DNA of 64,000 bases, from NCBI GenBank assembly GCA_965240325.2, contig OZ251245.1:744001-808000 (forward strand), given 5' to 3'. This DNA is from Rebecca billardiae RCC1528. Its lineage: Eukaryota; Protista; Haptophyta. Positions 1-10,932 of this stretch are shown piece by piece (the stretch's first letter is position 1; every line of letters begins with the position of its first letter). The position numbers and the translations under genes were made by a program. A model generated the notes under the pieces. It was given only the letters and a program-made list of their open reading frames with translations, was not told where the DNA came from and made no database searches.

Positions 1-2
1 CT

Positions 3-341
3 GGCGATTTGTATGGCGGCAACCTGTACGGTCGCTCGGCGCAGCGGCGCGAGTCGCTGCAGGCGCTCGCGGCGGCCGCGGCGGCTGCGCGGTGGGGCGA
101 GGGAAATGCCGGCAGGGAGGTGATCTGCCACGCCGTGTGCAAGGGCAAGTACCAGCCCTTCGATCGCGCCGGCAACCAGATGTATGGCTGCTTCCGGCAC
201 AGCGCGATTCGCAAGCGACGAATTGACCGGGCCGGGATGCGCGAGGGTTGGGAGAGCTTCGACCAGTGGGCTGCCGGCGCGGCAGGCTCCTCGCCGAAAG
301 CCCCTGAGCGCACCACAGCCGAGTGCGCGGCGGGTCCTTAG
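3..341 (+). CDS. 3' end of a hypothetical protein, truncated by the window start
   Basis: Open frame from position 3 to TAG at 339-341 with coding-like composition (…CHAVCKGKYQPFDRAGNQMYGCFRH…). No family recognised. Confidence 0.5.
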   Translation, partial: GDLYGGNLYGRSAQRRESLQALAAAAAAARWGEGNAGREVICHAVCKGKYQPFDRAGNQMYGCFRHSAIRKRRIDRAGMREGWESFDQWAAGAAGSSPKAPERTTAECAAGP

Positions 342-695
342 TCGGCCCGAGCCGGCGGCACGCGGCCGGGCTCGCACACGGCGGCACAGCTACAGACATA
401 CGTGCGCGTCCACGTGGCGGCTCCGCATGACCTGAGATTGCATGAAACGGCGCCCAAACGCGCGCACAGGGGCGGCACCTCACCACGAGACCGGCTCCTG
501 TCGCGCGTGGTCGATGCTCTCAGCGACGACTGACTCTGACGCACCGTGACGTGATAGCTTGATATCCGCGCCGATCCAATTCCAGAGTTCTGAGTTATTA
601 TTGGGCATACATACCCGGCTGCGGAGCCGCCTTGACGCAAGGGCCTTGCTTGACGGTCCGGTTCGGCTTGTCTCGCCGTCTCTCGTTCGGGCGGC

Positions 696-2555
696 ATGAT
701 GGCGCCTCCGGCGCCCGTCCGTCCCTTCACGCTGTCCTCGCGCCGCCGTCTACGCCCGAGAGCGTTCATCTCGCACCATCGCGTCGTGCTCTCTGTGCTC
801 GCCTGGCTGCTCGTGTGGCTGCCACTGCTCTGGCTGCGGCTGCCTGCGCAGGCGGCGCGCATGCTCTACGTCACGGCGGTGATGGCCTCGCTCTGGATCC
901 AGCAGCCCGTCCCGCTGGCCGTGACCGCGTTCGTGCCGTTCGTCGCGCTGCCTGTGCTCGGCATCAGCCCCGCGCCGCGCGTGGCTGGCGCGTACATGAC
1001 GGACTCTGGGATGTTCTACCTCGGCGGGCTGATGCTCGCGGCCGCGATCGAGCGCTGCGGCTTGCACCGTCGGCTGGCGCTGCAGGTGCTCGTGAGCTCG
1101 GCGGGCAGCCCGGACACGCTCCTGCTCGGCTTCATGGCGACCACGTTCGCGCTCTCCGCCTTCATGTCGAACACCGCCACGACGGCGCTGCAGCTGCCTC
1201 TCGCGAAGGACGTGCTTCGCCTGATCGGGGACGCGTCGCCGTCGGCCCGCGACGCTGAGCCTGAGGTCGACGCCTTCGCCCGCTCGCTCCTGCTCGCCAT
1301 CGCGTACTCGGCAACGCTCGGCGGCACGACCATGCTCACGGGTACCGGTGCCAACCTCGCGTTCGTCGGCCAGTTCCGCGCGCTCTTTCCGGACGCGCCG
1401 CCGCCGTCGTTTGCGCTCTGGTCGTCGTTCGCGCTGCCTATCTCCGCCACCCTGCTGCTCCTCGCGTGGGCGCTGTTCTCCGCACTGCAGCGGCTGCGCG
1501 CGCGGCGGGGTCGCGCGCACGCGCTGCGGGTCGACGACGCGCCTCTGCGCGCCGAGCTGCGCGAGCTCGGCCCGATCTCCCGCGACGAGCTGGCCGTGGC
1601 GGCCGTGCTCGCGTGCACGCTCGCTCTGTGGTTCACCCGCCACCCGGTCCTTCTCCCCGGCTGGGACATTCTCTTTGAGCCCGAGTGCGTGGCCGACTCC
1701 ACCGTGACAATCGGAGCGCTGCTTGTCCTCTTCGTGGTGCCGGCGAGCGAGCGCGGCGCGCGCGGCGCCGGCGCCGGCGCGGATGGCGGCGCGCCGAGCG
1801 CGCCCGGCGCGGCGGCGGCCGGCCGAGCCCGGCAGACTGCGGCGCCTGGCGGCGGGCAGTGGGCAGCCGAACAGCCGCCACCAGTCGCCGCGCACCGCTC
1901 GCTGCCGCAGCCGGGCAGGCGCCTGCTCGACTGGCCCGCGGCGAGCGCCATCTCATGGGAGCTGGTGCTGCTCCTGGGCGCCGGCTATGCGCTCGCCAAC
2001 GGCTTTGTGGACTCGGGGCTCTCCACTGCGCTGGCGTGCTCGCTGCTGGGCGACTTGGGGCTCGAGTCGGCGCCGCTGCTCGGCCTCGTGCTGCTGTTCG
2101 CTGGCCTGGCGACGCTGTGCACCGAGCTGTGCACGAACACGGTGGTCGCGACGATCATGCTCCCGATCGTCGCCACCGTCGCGCAGACGGTGCAGCTCGA
2201 CCCGCGCCTGCTGATGATGCCGACGACGCTCGCGTGCTCCCTGGCCTTCATGCTGCCCGTCGCCACGGGGCCGAACACGCTCGTCTTCTCGACGGGTCAC
2301 CTACGCGTGCGAGACATGCTCGGGCCGGGCGCGGTGCTCAACGTCGCCGGCACGCTGGCCATCGCCGGCGCCACGCTCACCTACGGCACGGCCCTCCTTG
2401 GCGGCACCACCGAGCCGCATGGCGCGAGCCAGCTGCCGCCGTGGGTGGCCGCGCATCGTCACCCCGCCGGCGCAGGACGGTCAAATAATGACGCGGGGCC
2501 TGGTGGCGGCAGTCTCAGCAATCATCCGCATGCCTGTGCCAGACTCTACTTGTAA
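696..2555 (+). CDS. SLC13/DASS family Na+:dicarboxylate/sulfate symporter
   Basis: 619-aa multi-TM ORF with DASS motifs: VPLAVTA, AAAIERCGLHRRLAL, SAFMSNTATT (SNT), AYSATLGGTTMLTGTGAN, TELCTNT, AFMLPVATGPN. Confidence 0.93.
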   Translation: MMAPPAPVRPFTLSSRRRLRPRAFISHHRVVLSVLAWLLVWLPLLWLRLPAQAARMLYVTAVMASLWIQQPVPLAVTAFVPFVALPVLGISPAPRVAGAYMTDSGMFYLGGLMLAAAIERCGLHRRLALQVLVSSAGSPDTLLLGFMATTFALSAFMSNTATTALQLPLAKDVLRLIGDASPSARDAEPEVDAFARSLLLAIAYSATLGGTTMLTGTGANLAFVGQFRALFPDAPPPSFALWSSFALPISATLLLLAWALFSALQRLRARRGRAHALRVDDAPLRAELRELGPISRDELAVAAVLACTLALWFTRHPVLLPGWDILFEPECVADSTVTIGALLVLFVVPASERGARGAGAGADGGAPSAPGAAAAGRARQTAAPGGGQWAAEQPPPVAAHRSLPQPGRRLLDWPAASAISWELVLLLGAGYALANGFVDSGLSTALACSLLGDLGLESAPLLGLVLLFAGLATLCTELCTNTVVATIMLPIVATVAQTVQLDPRLLMMPTTLACSLAFMLPVATGPNTLVFSTGHLRVRDMLGPGAVLNVAGTLAIAGATLTYGTALLGGTTEPHGASQLPPWVAAHRHPAGAGRSNNDAGPGGGSLSNHPHACARLYL

Positions 2556-2819
2556 CGACCAGGACTCGGGAGGCGTAGCTTTACTGGTAGCTCACCGCCG
2601 GGCGGCATATAATCTCGGCGCCAGTAGCTTTAGCTTACCAGCAGTAGACCTGTACGGTTGACGCGCGCGGCCCCGACACAGGTCTACACAGTGACTCGAC
2701 ACGGTCATCCGATACGGATTACGGTCATCCGAGATGACTGATGCTGCAGCCTGCATGTGTCCAGTTTATTACTATATATAAGCAGAGACGCACGAATACT
2801 GACAGCCTCAGGCAGGCAG

Positions 2820-2942
2820 TACAGTTTACTAAGAATAAGAGACGCACACAGCTCAGGCAGGCGAGATTGACGCCCGCCAACTGTCACCGCCCAGTGAAGC
2901 CGTCACCGATGGTAGCGCCGCCGGGAAAATTCGTTCAGCCGT
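2820..2942 (+). repeat. Dispersed repeat family R1, copy 1 (core AGAATAAGAGACGCACACAGCTCAGGCAGGCGAGA); probable Tc1/mariner-type transposon end
   Basis: Matches 6737-6873 over ~120 bp. 47 bp are identical to 32931-32977, and the core recurs inverted at 43502-43536. Begins TA-CAGT. A degenerate copy lies immediately upstream (~2762-2818). Confidence 0.7.
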
Positions 2943-4725
2943 ATAAGACCCGCGTCGTCCTACCTGTGTCGTTACAGGCAGGGTGGTGGTTGGTTGGGGG
3001 CTGGCCAGGGTAGCGCGGGCTGGAGGCTTCGCCTTCGGCCGCCAGTCTGATCACCCGGAGCCCGTTATAAAGGGGAATGGCGGGCCGTAGGTCCGCCCCT
3101 TGTAGTTGTAGTGCCCGGGAAAAGATAAGAAAAAGAAAAAGAAAAATAAATCGCCTCGCAAAGAAAAGAAAATCGCCTCTCTCACTACCGGGCGCCCTCG
3201 CAGCTCCCACTGGGGACGCTCGGCCGAAAAAGATATGCGCCATGGCGCGGAGCGCATGGGCGGCGCGCGCCAAATCCAACGCCAAGGAGGACATTGTGAG
3301 AGGACTCCCGAACGGTGTTTTCGCCCGATTCGCGTTTGCTGCCCTCGTCGTCTCGCGTGCAGGTCGAACGGGGGCCAAAGTCGACGCGTTTGGAGGTACG
3401 CTCGGCGCGTCGACACGATCGTGCGACCTGGGGCGGTCCTCGCCCGACTTGCACGTTGAGCGCTCGCACGAGCCATAGTATTAAGCGCTGCGCACGACAA
3501 CCACCTCGCGCGATCCACCGTCGCGCGTCGGGCTCGGTGCGGAAAGGCCCTCATCACGAGGTGTCTCGCGGGCGGGAAGCGCCATCGCACGCGACGCACG
3601 ATTTGGCGCGGCCTTCTGAACACCATAACCGGAATCCACACACCGGACTGTCGTGTGCCCCGGTTGGCAAGGTCGGGCGCATGCAAATCCGTTTGCTTCG
3701 ATCGGCGGTGTTCCAGAGCGAGCGATCATCTTTCGCGCTCGCGAGCTCGCGGCCAAAGATCGCTCGGCGCTCCAGGGCCCACGTCCGGCCTGCATGGCGT
3801 CGACGGTGCCACCAATGCGACGGAGGGGCAGCGCAAAGCGGCGTACGACGCGCACCGCACGCACCTCCCGGGTTTGCAGCCGTGGAAGGAACCGCGACCG
3901 CGTCTTGGCGAGTCGGCGGCCCTCGTCGCAGCGCGCTATAACCGATCCCAGACGCGCATCCGCAACTAGAGATGAATGACGCCGAGCGTGCAACATCGTC
4001 GCCCCATCCTCCACCATCGACCATGGCACGTGCGCTTCGGGACGAGGCCGACGTCGTGAAGCCAGTGGCACATGCCGTCATGCGCGGCTGCGCTTCCTGT
4101 GCCTGCTCGAGCAGCTCGTGCCCACCCTCGATCGCGAGTGGCACACGCTCACGCACTGGCACTGCGCGCGCGCGTCAGCACCACCGACAGCTCCTGATAC
4201 CGCCGAACGTGCGCGTGCCGCACGGACCTGTCGCGCGGAGCGGCGAGCGCCGACGAGCGCTTGGACCTGAACGCGCTGTTGCGCAACGTGGCGGCCGTGC
4301 ACGATGCACGCGCAATCACACTGTCAATGAGCTCTCACCAGAGTCATCTGTCGCGTTATTATTCGTCAGTGAGGTAGCTCACCATCATCTGTATAGTGTA
4401 TGTAGTCGCGTTATTTTCGTCCGGCGATCCTGCCCGTCAAACCGCTAAAAGAGTAAAAGACGCGAACCCGCTGGGGAAATATTGATATTGCGACAGCACT
4501 GGCACGGCCCGCCAACCCCCCCGCCCGCCAGGGCAAATAGAATGAGTAGGCAGTAACTATAGCGGCGGTACTACTAGTACGTACTACTGCTACTAGTACC
4601 GGTACGACAACGGCCGGGCGGCGGCAAGTACTGGCCTGCAGGAGTGCTGCAGCCGGACCGTCGGCCCGACAGCGCATTTCGTTTGCGGTGGACGACGACT
4701 CGACGACGAGTCACGACGACGACCG

Positions 4726-6087
4726 ATGCCCGAGCGGCGCGCGGCCGGGCGGCGCGCTGCCGGCATGTCGCTAGCTTGGCTCGTCGCCTGTGCGCCTGCG
4801 CTCATCCGCGACAGCCAAGGCATCGGCCCGACCGAAAGCACGCGCAGCGCCGACGCCACACAGACGCACGCCGCGCCGCCAGCGCTGAACACGACAGCGG
4901 TGGTGACTGGCGCTGAAGTCGCCGCGCTGCGACGGTGCAGCACGCGTGGCTACGACCACCCGTACCTGACGTGCATCATGCCGCGCTCGTCGACGATCAC
5001 GCGCATGTACCGCTTCCTCGGCATCCACGGCCTCCCCCAGGGCCAGCCGGATCCGCGCGGCAGGCCGCCGGCGTTCTTCTTGACGCAGGGCTTCGACTCG
5101 CCCGCGTGTTCCTTCCGCTCGGAGAAGGGGCTGCGGAGCGTCAGGGCGTGCGAGTTTGCAGGCGCGCCCTTCGGCGGGCAGGGGGAGATCGCCCTGCTCG
5201 TCTCGCACCCCTGGGGCGACGTCTTCCAGCACTTCCTCGAGGAGGCGCTGCCGCGCGCTCTCGGCGCGTACAGTCTGCTGCGCGAGGCCGTGCAGGGCGA
5301 GGGCCCGGACCGGGTGCGGCTTTACATCACGCCGGCGACGAGCATGGGCACACGTTGGCAGCGGGAGGCGCTGCAGATGGCGGGGGTGCCTGCCGAGATG
5401 ATCAGCGCGTGGCCCGGGGAGCACGCCTCGGGGGGCTCCGCCCAGGACGGCCGCCAGGGCCGCTCGTTCGAGCAGCTCTGGGTGGTGGACCAGGAGCTTG
5501 CGGTTGCCAGCGTGTGGCGCGCCAACCGCCTGCAGCGGTATGCGTTCGGCGCCCTGCACGCCACCGCTCGGCGCATCTCTGCCGAGCACTTGGGCTCGTC
5601 GAGCACGCCGCGCCGCCTGGTCTACTTCAACCGCGACGATGCGCATGCCGGCAAGCAGCGGCAGATGGTCAACGAGCGCGCGGTCGTCGAGGCGCTCGGC
5701 GCGCTCGGCTTCGAGACGGAGCACAGCTTTGGGCGGTACTCGCTCGCGCAGCGCGCCGTGTTGCTCGGCGAGGCGCGGGTGGTCGTGCACATGTACGGCG
5801 CAGGCATCTGCAACATCCTCTTCGGGCCGTCCGCCCACACGCGCTGGCTGTTCCTGTGCTCGCCATCCTTCTGCCGCCTGCAAGACCACGCCAAGGTCAG
5901 CCTTGCCAGCATCGCGAGACTGAGGCACGCGCCGGAGGTCATGGAGGGCACGCTCCTCGACGCCGCGTCGCCAGACGGCGGCGTGGCGGGTGCCGCCTCC
6001 TCGGCCCTCAACGCAGGGGACAACCGCCCGTTCGTCGTGAACGTTTCACAGATGGTCAGCCGAATCCGGTTGATGCTGGCGGCATGA
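4726..6087 (+). CDS. Glycosyltransferase family 61 (GT61)-like protein
   Basis: Motifs FQHFLEEALPR, YFNR…RQMVNERAVVEALGALGF, SLAQRAVLLGEARVVVHMYGAGICNILF. N-terminal hydrophobic stretch; alternative start at 4765. Confidence 0.8.
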   Translation: MPERRAAGRRAAGMSLAWLVACAPALIRDSQGIGPTESTRSADATQTHAAPPALNTTAVVTGAEVAALRRCSTRGYDHPYLTCIMPRSSTITRMYRFLGIHGLPQGQPDPRGRPPAFFLTQGFDSPACSFRSEKGLRSVRACEFAGAPFGGQGEIALLVSHPWGDVFQHFLEEALPRALGAYSLLREAVQGEGPDRVRLYITPATSMGTRWQREALQMAGVPAEMISAWPGEHASGGSAQDGRQGRSFEQLWVVDQELAVASVWRANRLQRYAFGALHATARRISAEHLGSSSTPRRLVYFNRDDAHAGKQRQMVNERAVVEALGALGFETEHSFGRYSLAQRAVLLGEARVVVHMYGAGICNILFGPSAHTRWLFLCSPSFCRLQDHAKVSLASIARLRHAPEVMEGTLLDAASPDGGVAGAASSALNAGDNRPFVVNVSQMVSRIRLMLAA

Positions 6088-6140
6088 CGGCATCGGCATC
6101 AGGCATCAGCAGCGGCAGATGATGAGTAGTCGTCGTGACG

Positions 6141-6182
<42 letters not shown>
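6141..6182. repeat. (TA)n microsatellite in an AT-rich intergenic patch
   Basis: Directly visible. Further TA-rich tracts at ~6540-6595 and 55873-55986. Confidence 0.95.
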
Positions 6183-6736
6183 GATTATATAATTATATGA
6201 TACGACGAAGACTATGTACCGTGTGATGCCATCAGCAGCGTATAGAAGGCGGTACGTACGTTCGATGACTAGAATTTATTATTAATATTAATAAACATTA
6301 TTATATTGATGGCCCGGTCATCACGTCAGCAGTGACGTCAGACGTGTGACCGCCGCCACTTCATGAATTAGTGCGTATAGGCCAGGAACTCGATCATCGC
6401 GCCGCTGATGACTGCGCGCACACAGTGTGATGAGTCTGATACGCGGTCCGGCCGCGGCGGCGGCGCGGCTGAAGACAGCGCGGCACGGCCGCCGCGGACG
6501 TAGCAGCAGGTCGTAGTACATACGCGCGCATGCATCACAATATAATATATTATATAATAATATAATATATACTATATATATATAGTATATAGTATAGGCG
6601 CGCCTACTACGTCGCAGCTGATTGGCAGCGCGCGAATTCCCGGCCCATCACGCTACTAGTCAAGGACAAGAGAGTAGCTAAGTCAAGAGTCCGGGACGAA
6701 TCCACTCCGGTCTGGAGGCGTGAAGCACGCGCGTAC

Positions 6737-6873
6737 TACAGTGTAACCAGAATAAGAGACGCACACAGCTCAGGCATCACTCATCAGGCGAGATCATTGA
6801 CGCCCGCCAACTGTCACCGCCCATGAAGCCGTCGCCGACGATGGTAGCGCCGTCGGAAAATGCGTTCAGCCGT
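6737..6873 (+). repeat. Dispersed repeat R1, copy 2 (with short insertions)
   Basis: TACAGTGTAACCAGAATAAGAGACGCACACAGCTCAGGCA… aligns to 2820-2942. Confidence 0.7.
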
Positions 6874-7515
6874 CCGCCTGCGAGGCCTTATGGATGAGGG
6901 CTGCGGCCGCCTCGCGGCGCGCCAGCGCCCGAGTCGTCCTCGCCCCACCGTCGTCCACAAAACGTCGTCGTCCGAAGGCTCTCCGACTGCCGATGGGCGC
7001 CGATGCGACAGCACGCCGACAGGATGATGAGGACGATATGTAGTTAGTATGGAATGTGGAGCCCCACTGTCGGTTGGGGAAGGCCCCAGCTCCGAGCGGC
7101 TACCGGCCTGCAAATCTTCACCTGCTACCCCATGCTGACTGACGTACGTGGCCGGCCGCTGCATCCGAGCGCAGGCGCGCCGCCAACTCTCGCTGAGAGT
7201 CTCACGGGCACGGCGGATCACGCGCGCGAGCAATACTGAATACAGGACAGCAGTGATGAAAGCAGCAGTTCGTATGCTGCTGTAACAGTAGCGTCGCACT
7301 CTACTCTGCGCAGTCTATGTCGACGATGATATCTCGGATTTCCGGCGGCGGTCTCTCAGCACTACGACTGATATGATGGGGTGAGTGGGGGGTCCGCACG
7401 ACAGGCCGCCGTGCTAGTATCTAGTGCCTGTATGCGCGCTGCATAGTGCCGCCAACGGCAGTGCGCGCTGATGACGACTACTACGATCTATATATAAGTC
7501 GTCATCGCAGATATA

Positions 7516-10500
7516 TTAACGACGTGGTATGCAACGGGCAGGCGTCAGAGTCAGCAAGCTGTAGCAGCAGATCGAGCAGCAGAGACAAACACCAGGATCA
7601 GCGCTCCTCGCCGTCGTCCCCCCCCTCATAGTCGCCCATCACTCCATCGCCGAGCGGAAGCTCGACGCACCGTGGGACATGCCGGTCTCAGCGGTGAGGC
7701 CGAGAGCGGCCGTGGTCGAAGACAGCGCAAGGCTGATCAGGATGGGCTGCCACGAGGGGCGGGGGAACGCGGTGCGGGCGTGCGCCATCCTAGTCGGCCA
7801 TTAGGCACTGTGTAGATATATATAATGATTAAACTTTTCTGAGGATAGCGCACCAGCAATTTCCCTTGACCGCCATCCGGGCCGAAGTGGCGCAAAATGG
7901 CGGTTGCCCCGTTTGGGCGCCCTTCCGCGCCTTCGAGCGGCTCGTGCGCGTCGGGAAGTGCGCCGAAGCGTATCCGGAGCATGCTCCATCGACGCGTCGC
8001 ACTGCCGGGCCCTCGCATGCGAGCCCATGCCGACGTCTGAGTGCGCCTCGCTGCGCACGGTACAGCTTGACGGTACACGGCACGATTCGGCCGCGAGCAG
8101 CCTCGTGCGCGCGACCGAGCCAGAGGTGGTCGTCGAGAGTAGCACGAGCGGCGGCACACAAGCGGGCCTGGTCGTTGCCGAATATCTGACGCACCAATCG
8201 ACCTCGCCCAGCGCCATCTGCTCGTTTGCGCACGTGTCGGAAAGAATGCGCAGCTGCCTGCAAACGCCGAGCGCGCAGATGAGGCGTGGGCGAGCGAAGG
8301 GGCGGCGAGGGCCGGCGCGTGCGCGCGCGTAAATTCGAGCCTCCCCATACGCATCGAAACACACCGCGCTCGCTCGTCGAGCTGCGCACGGGTATCGGTG
8401 CGCGCGCGCCAACGCGGCGCGCCGTGAACGCGCCCGGCGAATGCACACCTGCTCGCGCGCGCACGCGCACGTGATGGACCGAGGAGGCCGCGCGAGCATG
8501 CGCGATGTGTCTGGATGGAGCGTGTAGGAGGTGTAGGCTGCGCTCCGCACGCGCTCCGCCACCGTGCACCGCGCTGCCCCTCGTCCACGCGATCGCCGCC
8601 GAGCCCAGATTCAAACGCGCGCGAGCGCTCGAGCGCACCTCCGGGCAGCAGTCGCAGCTATCGTGACGAAGGCGTGGCGAGAGGCAGATGTGCATGGCAA
8701 GTATCGTCATGGTGGTGCCCATCACGCGCACACTCTCGCGCATGCTCGCTGCACCACCTCGTCGCGCCCACGTGCAGCGCGCGGGGCGCGCTTCGTGCCC
8801 GGAGCAGCTGCGGAGCGGCTGCCGCGCGCAGTGCGCGCGGCGAGTAGGGCTCAGCCAATGGTCCGAGGGCGAGCCGGCCGAGCGTCGTGCGTGACGCACA
8901 CGGACCTGGTGCAACGCCGCGTACCACTCGCAGCCACCATCGCGCCCGTACCAGCGAGCTGTGGCCGCCGCCGACACCCCAAAGCAGCCCAGCCGTCAGC
9001 GCGCGACAGCCGACGAGCGCGTGACGCGCGCGTGCACCACCGTGATGAGCACGGATGAGCGCGCGCGCCCGTGTCGTAGCTCAGGTGGGGTCCCCCGATC
9101 GCACGCACCACCGCGCTGCCACGCCTTCGACCATCTTGTGTCACCACGCGGGCACACGCCGGGCAGGCGGCGGGGCAGCCCGCTCGGCAAACGGTCAGCG
9201 CGCAGCGAGGATGGAGTCCGGCGAGGGGCGACCGGAGTGTCCGGCGCGACGGAGGTGGTCCACGCCGTGGTCGCCGACGCGTTCCTCACCACCTCCGAGG
9301 CCGTGGTGGCCGCCCGGGAGAAGGAATGCTCCCAGTCGCACCCTTTGCAGTGCTCCTTTGCGCGTGCACGCAACGGCGAGGAGCGGAAGCGTTAGAGGGC
9401 ACTTTTTGTGCAGTTCAGGCGTTCTTTCCCCAAAATGTAGAATGCGCGGAGAAGTGCCCTCTAACGATTTTCGTGTGCAGCCGTGCCGCGCGCGCGAGGA
9501 AGGCCACATGCGGCTCCTTGCACATCTGCTGCAGATCGGCTCGTGCTCGGCGAGCGCGGCGAGGAGGAAGGTGCGCGCTCGCGAGCTGGCGCACCTGGGA
9601 GTCCTCGCGGCCTCCGAGCAGAAAGAGCGCGTCGAGCGCAACGCCGCAGGTCGCACGGTCGCGATCTCGCGAGAGCGGTGGTGCGAGGGCGGGCCTCGCC
9701 ATCGCGCGTTTCTGCGTCCAAACGCGGCCTCCGTAAAATCCGGATGGCGGTCAAGGGATTTTGCTGGTGCGCTATCCTCAGAAAAGTTTACACACTAGTT
9801 CTACGACCTCTACGACCACTTCTTCCTCCCTTCGTGCGCACGCGCTGGCCCTCGCAGAGCCAGTCGGACGCGGCGTGGGTGGCGGCACGAGCGCGGCCAG
9901 CGCGCTCGGCCTGCCTGCCTGCGAGCCTCCATGGATGCGTGCGCGTGGGGCCGGGTTCTGCCACCGTTCATTGCCAACAGCAACTGGGCACGGACCTGCG
10001 ACGAGGCATGCCGCCTTTCCCCACGCGCCCTTCAGGTTGTCCCGGCTCAGCCGGTCGCTTCGGCGGCCGACGGGCCCTCGGCCGGCTCCCCCTTCCCGGG
10101 GACTCGGTGGGGCACCGCCAGGAGTGTCTCGCGGCGGGCGGGCCGAGCGCGCGGGTCGCCAGCTGACCCCGCGACGTTCGATTCGACTGCTCTGCGCTGG
10201 CACGTGCACGCGGAGATCAACCACACGCAGCGGGTCCGGGATAGGCACTGGCACCCTCTTTCTCCAGCCGGCCGCCGGCTGCATCGCCTCGGGGGGCGAT
10301 GCAGCAGGTGGACGCCGCTGCACCCATCTGGCCCTTGGCGCTGGCCTCCTCCGTGCCCTTCGCTCCACCCTAGGTGGAGCAGGGGGTGCGGGGTGTGACG
10401 CGCCCAGGGGCCAGGTTCCCCAGCATCAAGCACTGCATCTGCAGCAGCCCGCCGGCGGGCTGGGCTGCGACATCGACTACCACCTCATCTGCTTCATCGC

Positions 10501-10921
10501 CCAGAGCGCGCTAGGCGGCGCGCTCACTCTCCAAGCCCCTCTTCTGCAGCTGCGCGCCGCTTGGCCGGCGCGCGGCGACGCGTACTACGACCTCATCCTC
10601 ATCCAGGCGCCCACGCGGGCGCACGGGGGCGACAGCCGCGGCTGCCGCTTGCCGGAGCTGCTCGCCGCTAGGTCGGCGGGCGGCGACATCGACTACGACC
10701 TCACCCTCATCCAAGTGCTCCGGAAGGCGCTCGGCCGCGGCGGCATCTGCCGTCGCCGCCGCGTGCCCCAGGCCGAGGCGGTGCTCCATCCCGGCCCCGC
10801 TCCCGTAGGGGGGCAGGGCTGCGGGTGGCGCACTGTCTGACCTGGACGGAAGGCGCGGACGCATTCTATGTGTCTGTTGCACTCTGAGCCTGACGCTTGT
10901 CCGATGCTGCCACGTCGTTAA
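7516..10921. mobile_element. Non-autonomous DNA transposon with imperfect ~28-bp TIRs (CGACGTGG…) and TTAA duplication (piggyBac/Kolobok-type target)
   Basis: Left end TTAA|CGACGTGGTATGCAACGGGCAGGCGTCA at 7516; right end TGACGCTTGTCCGATGCTGCCACGTCG|TTAA ending at 10921. The same two ends are joined in the mini element at 55901-55968. No transposase recognised. Confidence 0.82.
7830..9790. mobile_element. Nested non-autonomous DNA transposon with 51-bp TIRs
   Basis: 7830-7880 (TAAACTTTTCTGAGGATAGCGCACCAGCAATTTCCCTTGACCGCCATCCGG) is the reverse complement of 9740-9790 with 2 mismatches. Flanked by TA (or TTAA/TTAC). Confidence 0.88.
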
Positions 10922-10932
10922 ATATATATAGC

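Noticed and set aside
2644-2687. 10-bp stem (GTAGACCTGT/ACAGGTCTAC) as a terminator
   Set aside because: The gene is eukaryotic, the loop is long, and there is no U-tract or other support.
2832-2866. R1 as a sequencing adapter or spliced leader
   Set aside because: It shares only a short TCTCTTAT word with the Nextera end, has diverged genomic copies with extended homology, and shows no splice donor or Sm site.
3013-4560. Possible additional transposon between SLC13 and GT61
   Set aside because: Composition is TE-like, but no matching termini, TSD or coding motif could be identified.
2687-7812. Third CACAGTG…CACTGTG element
   Set aside because: No complementarity beyond the 7-mer, and the right site lies inside another element.
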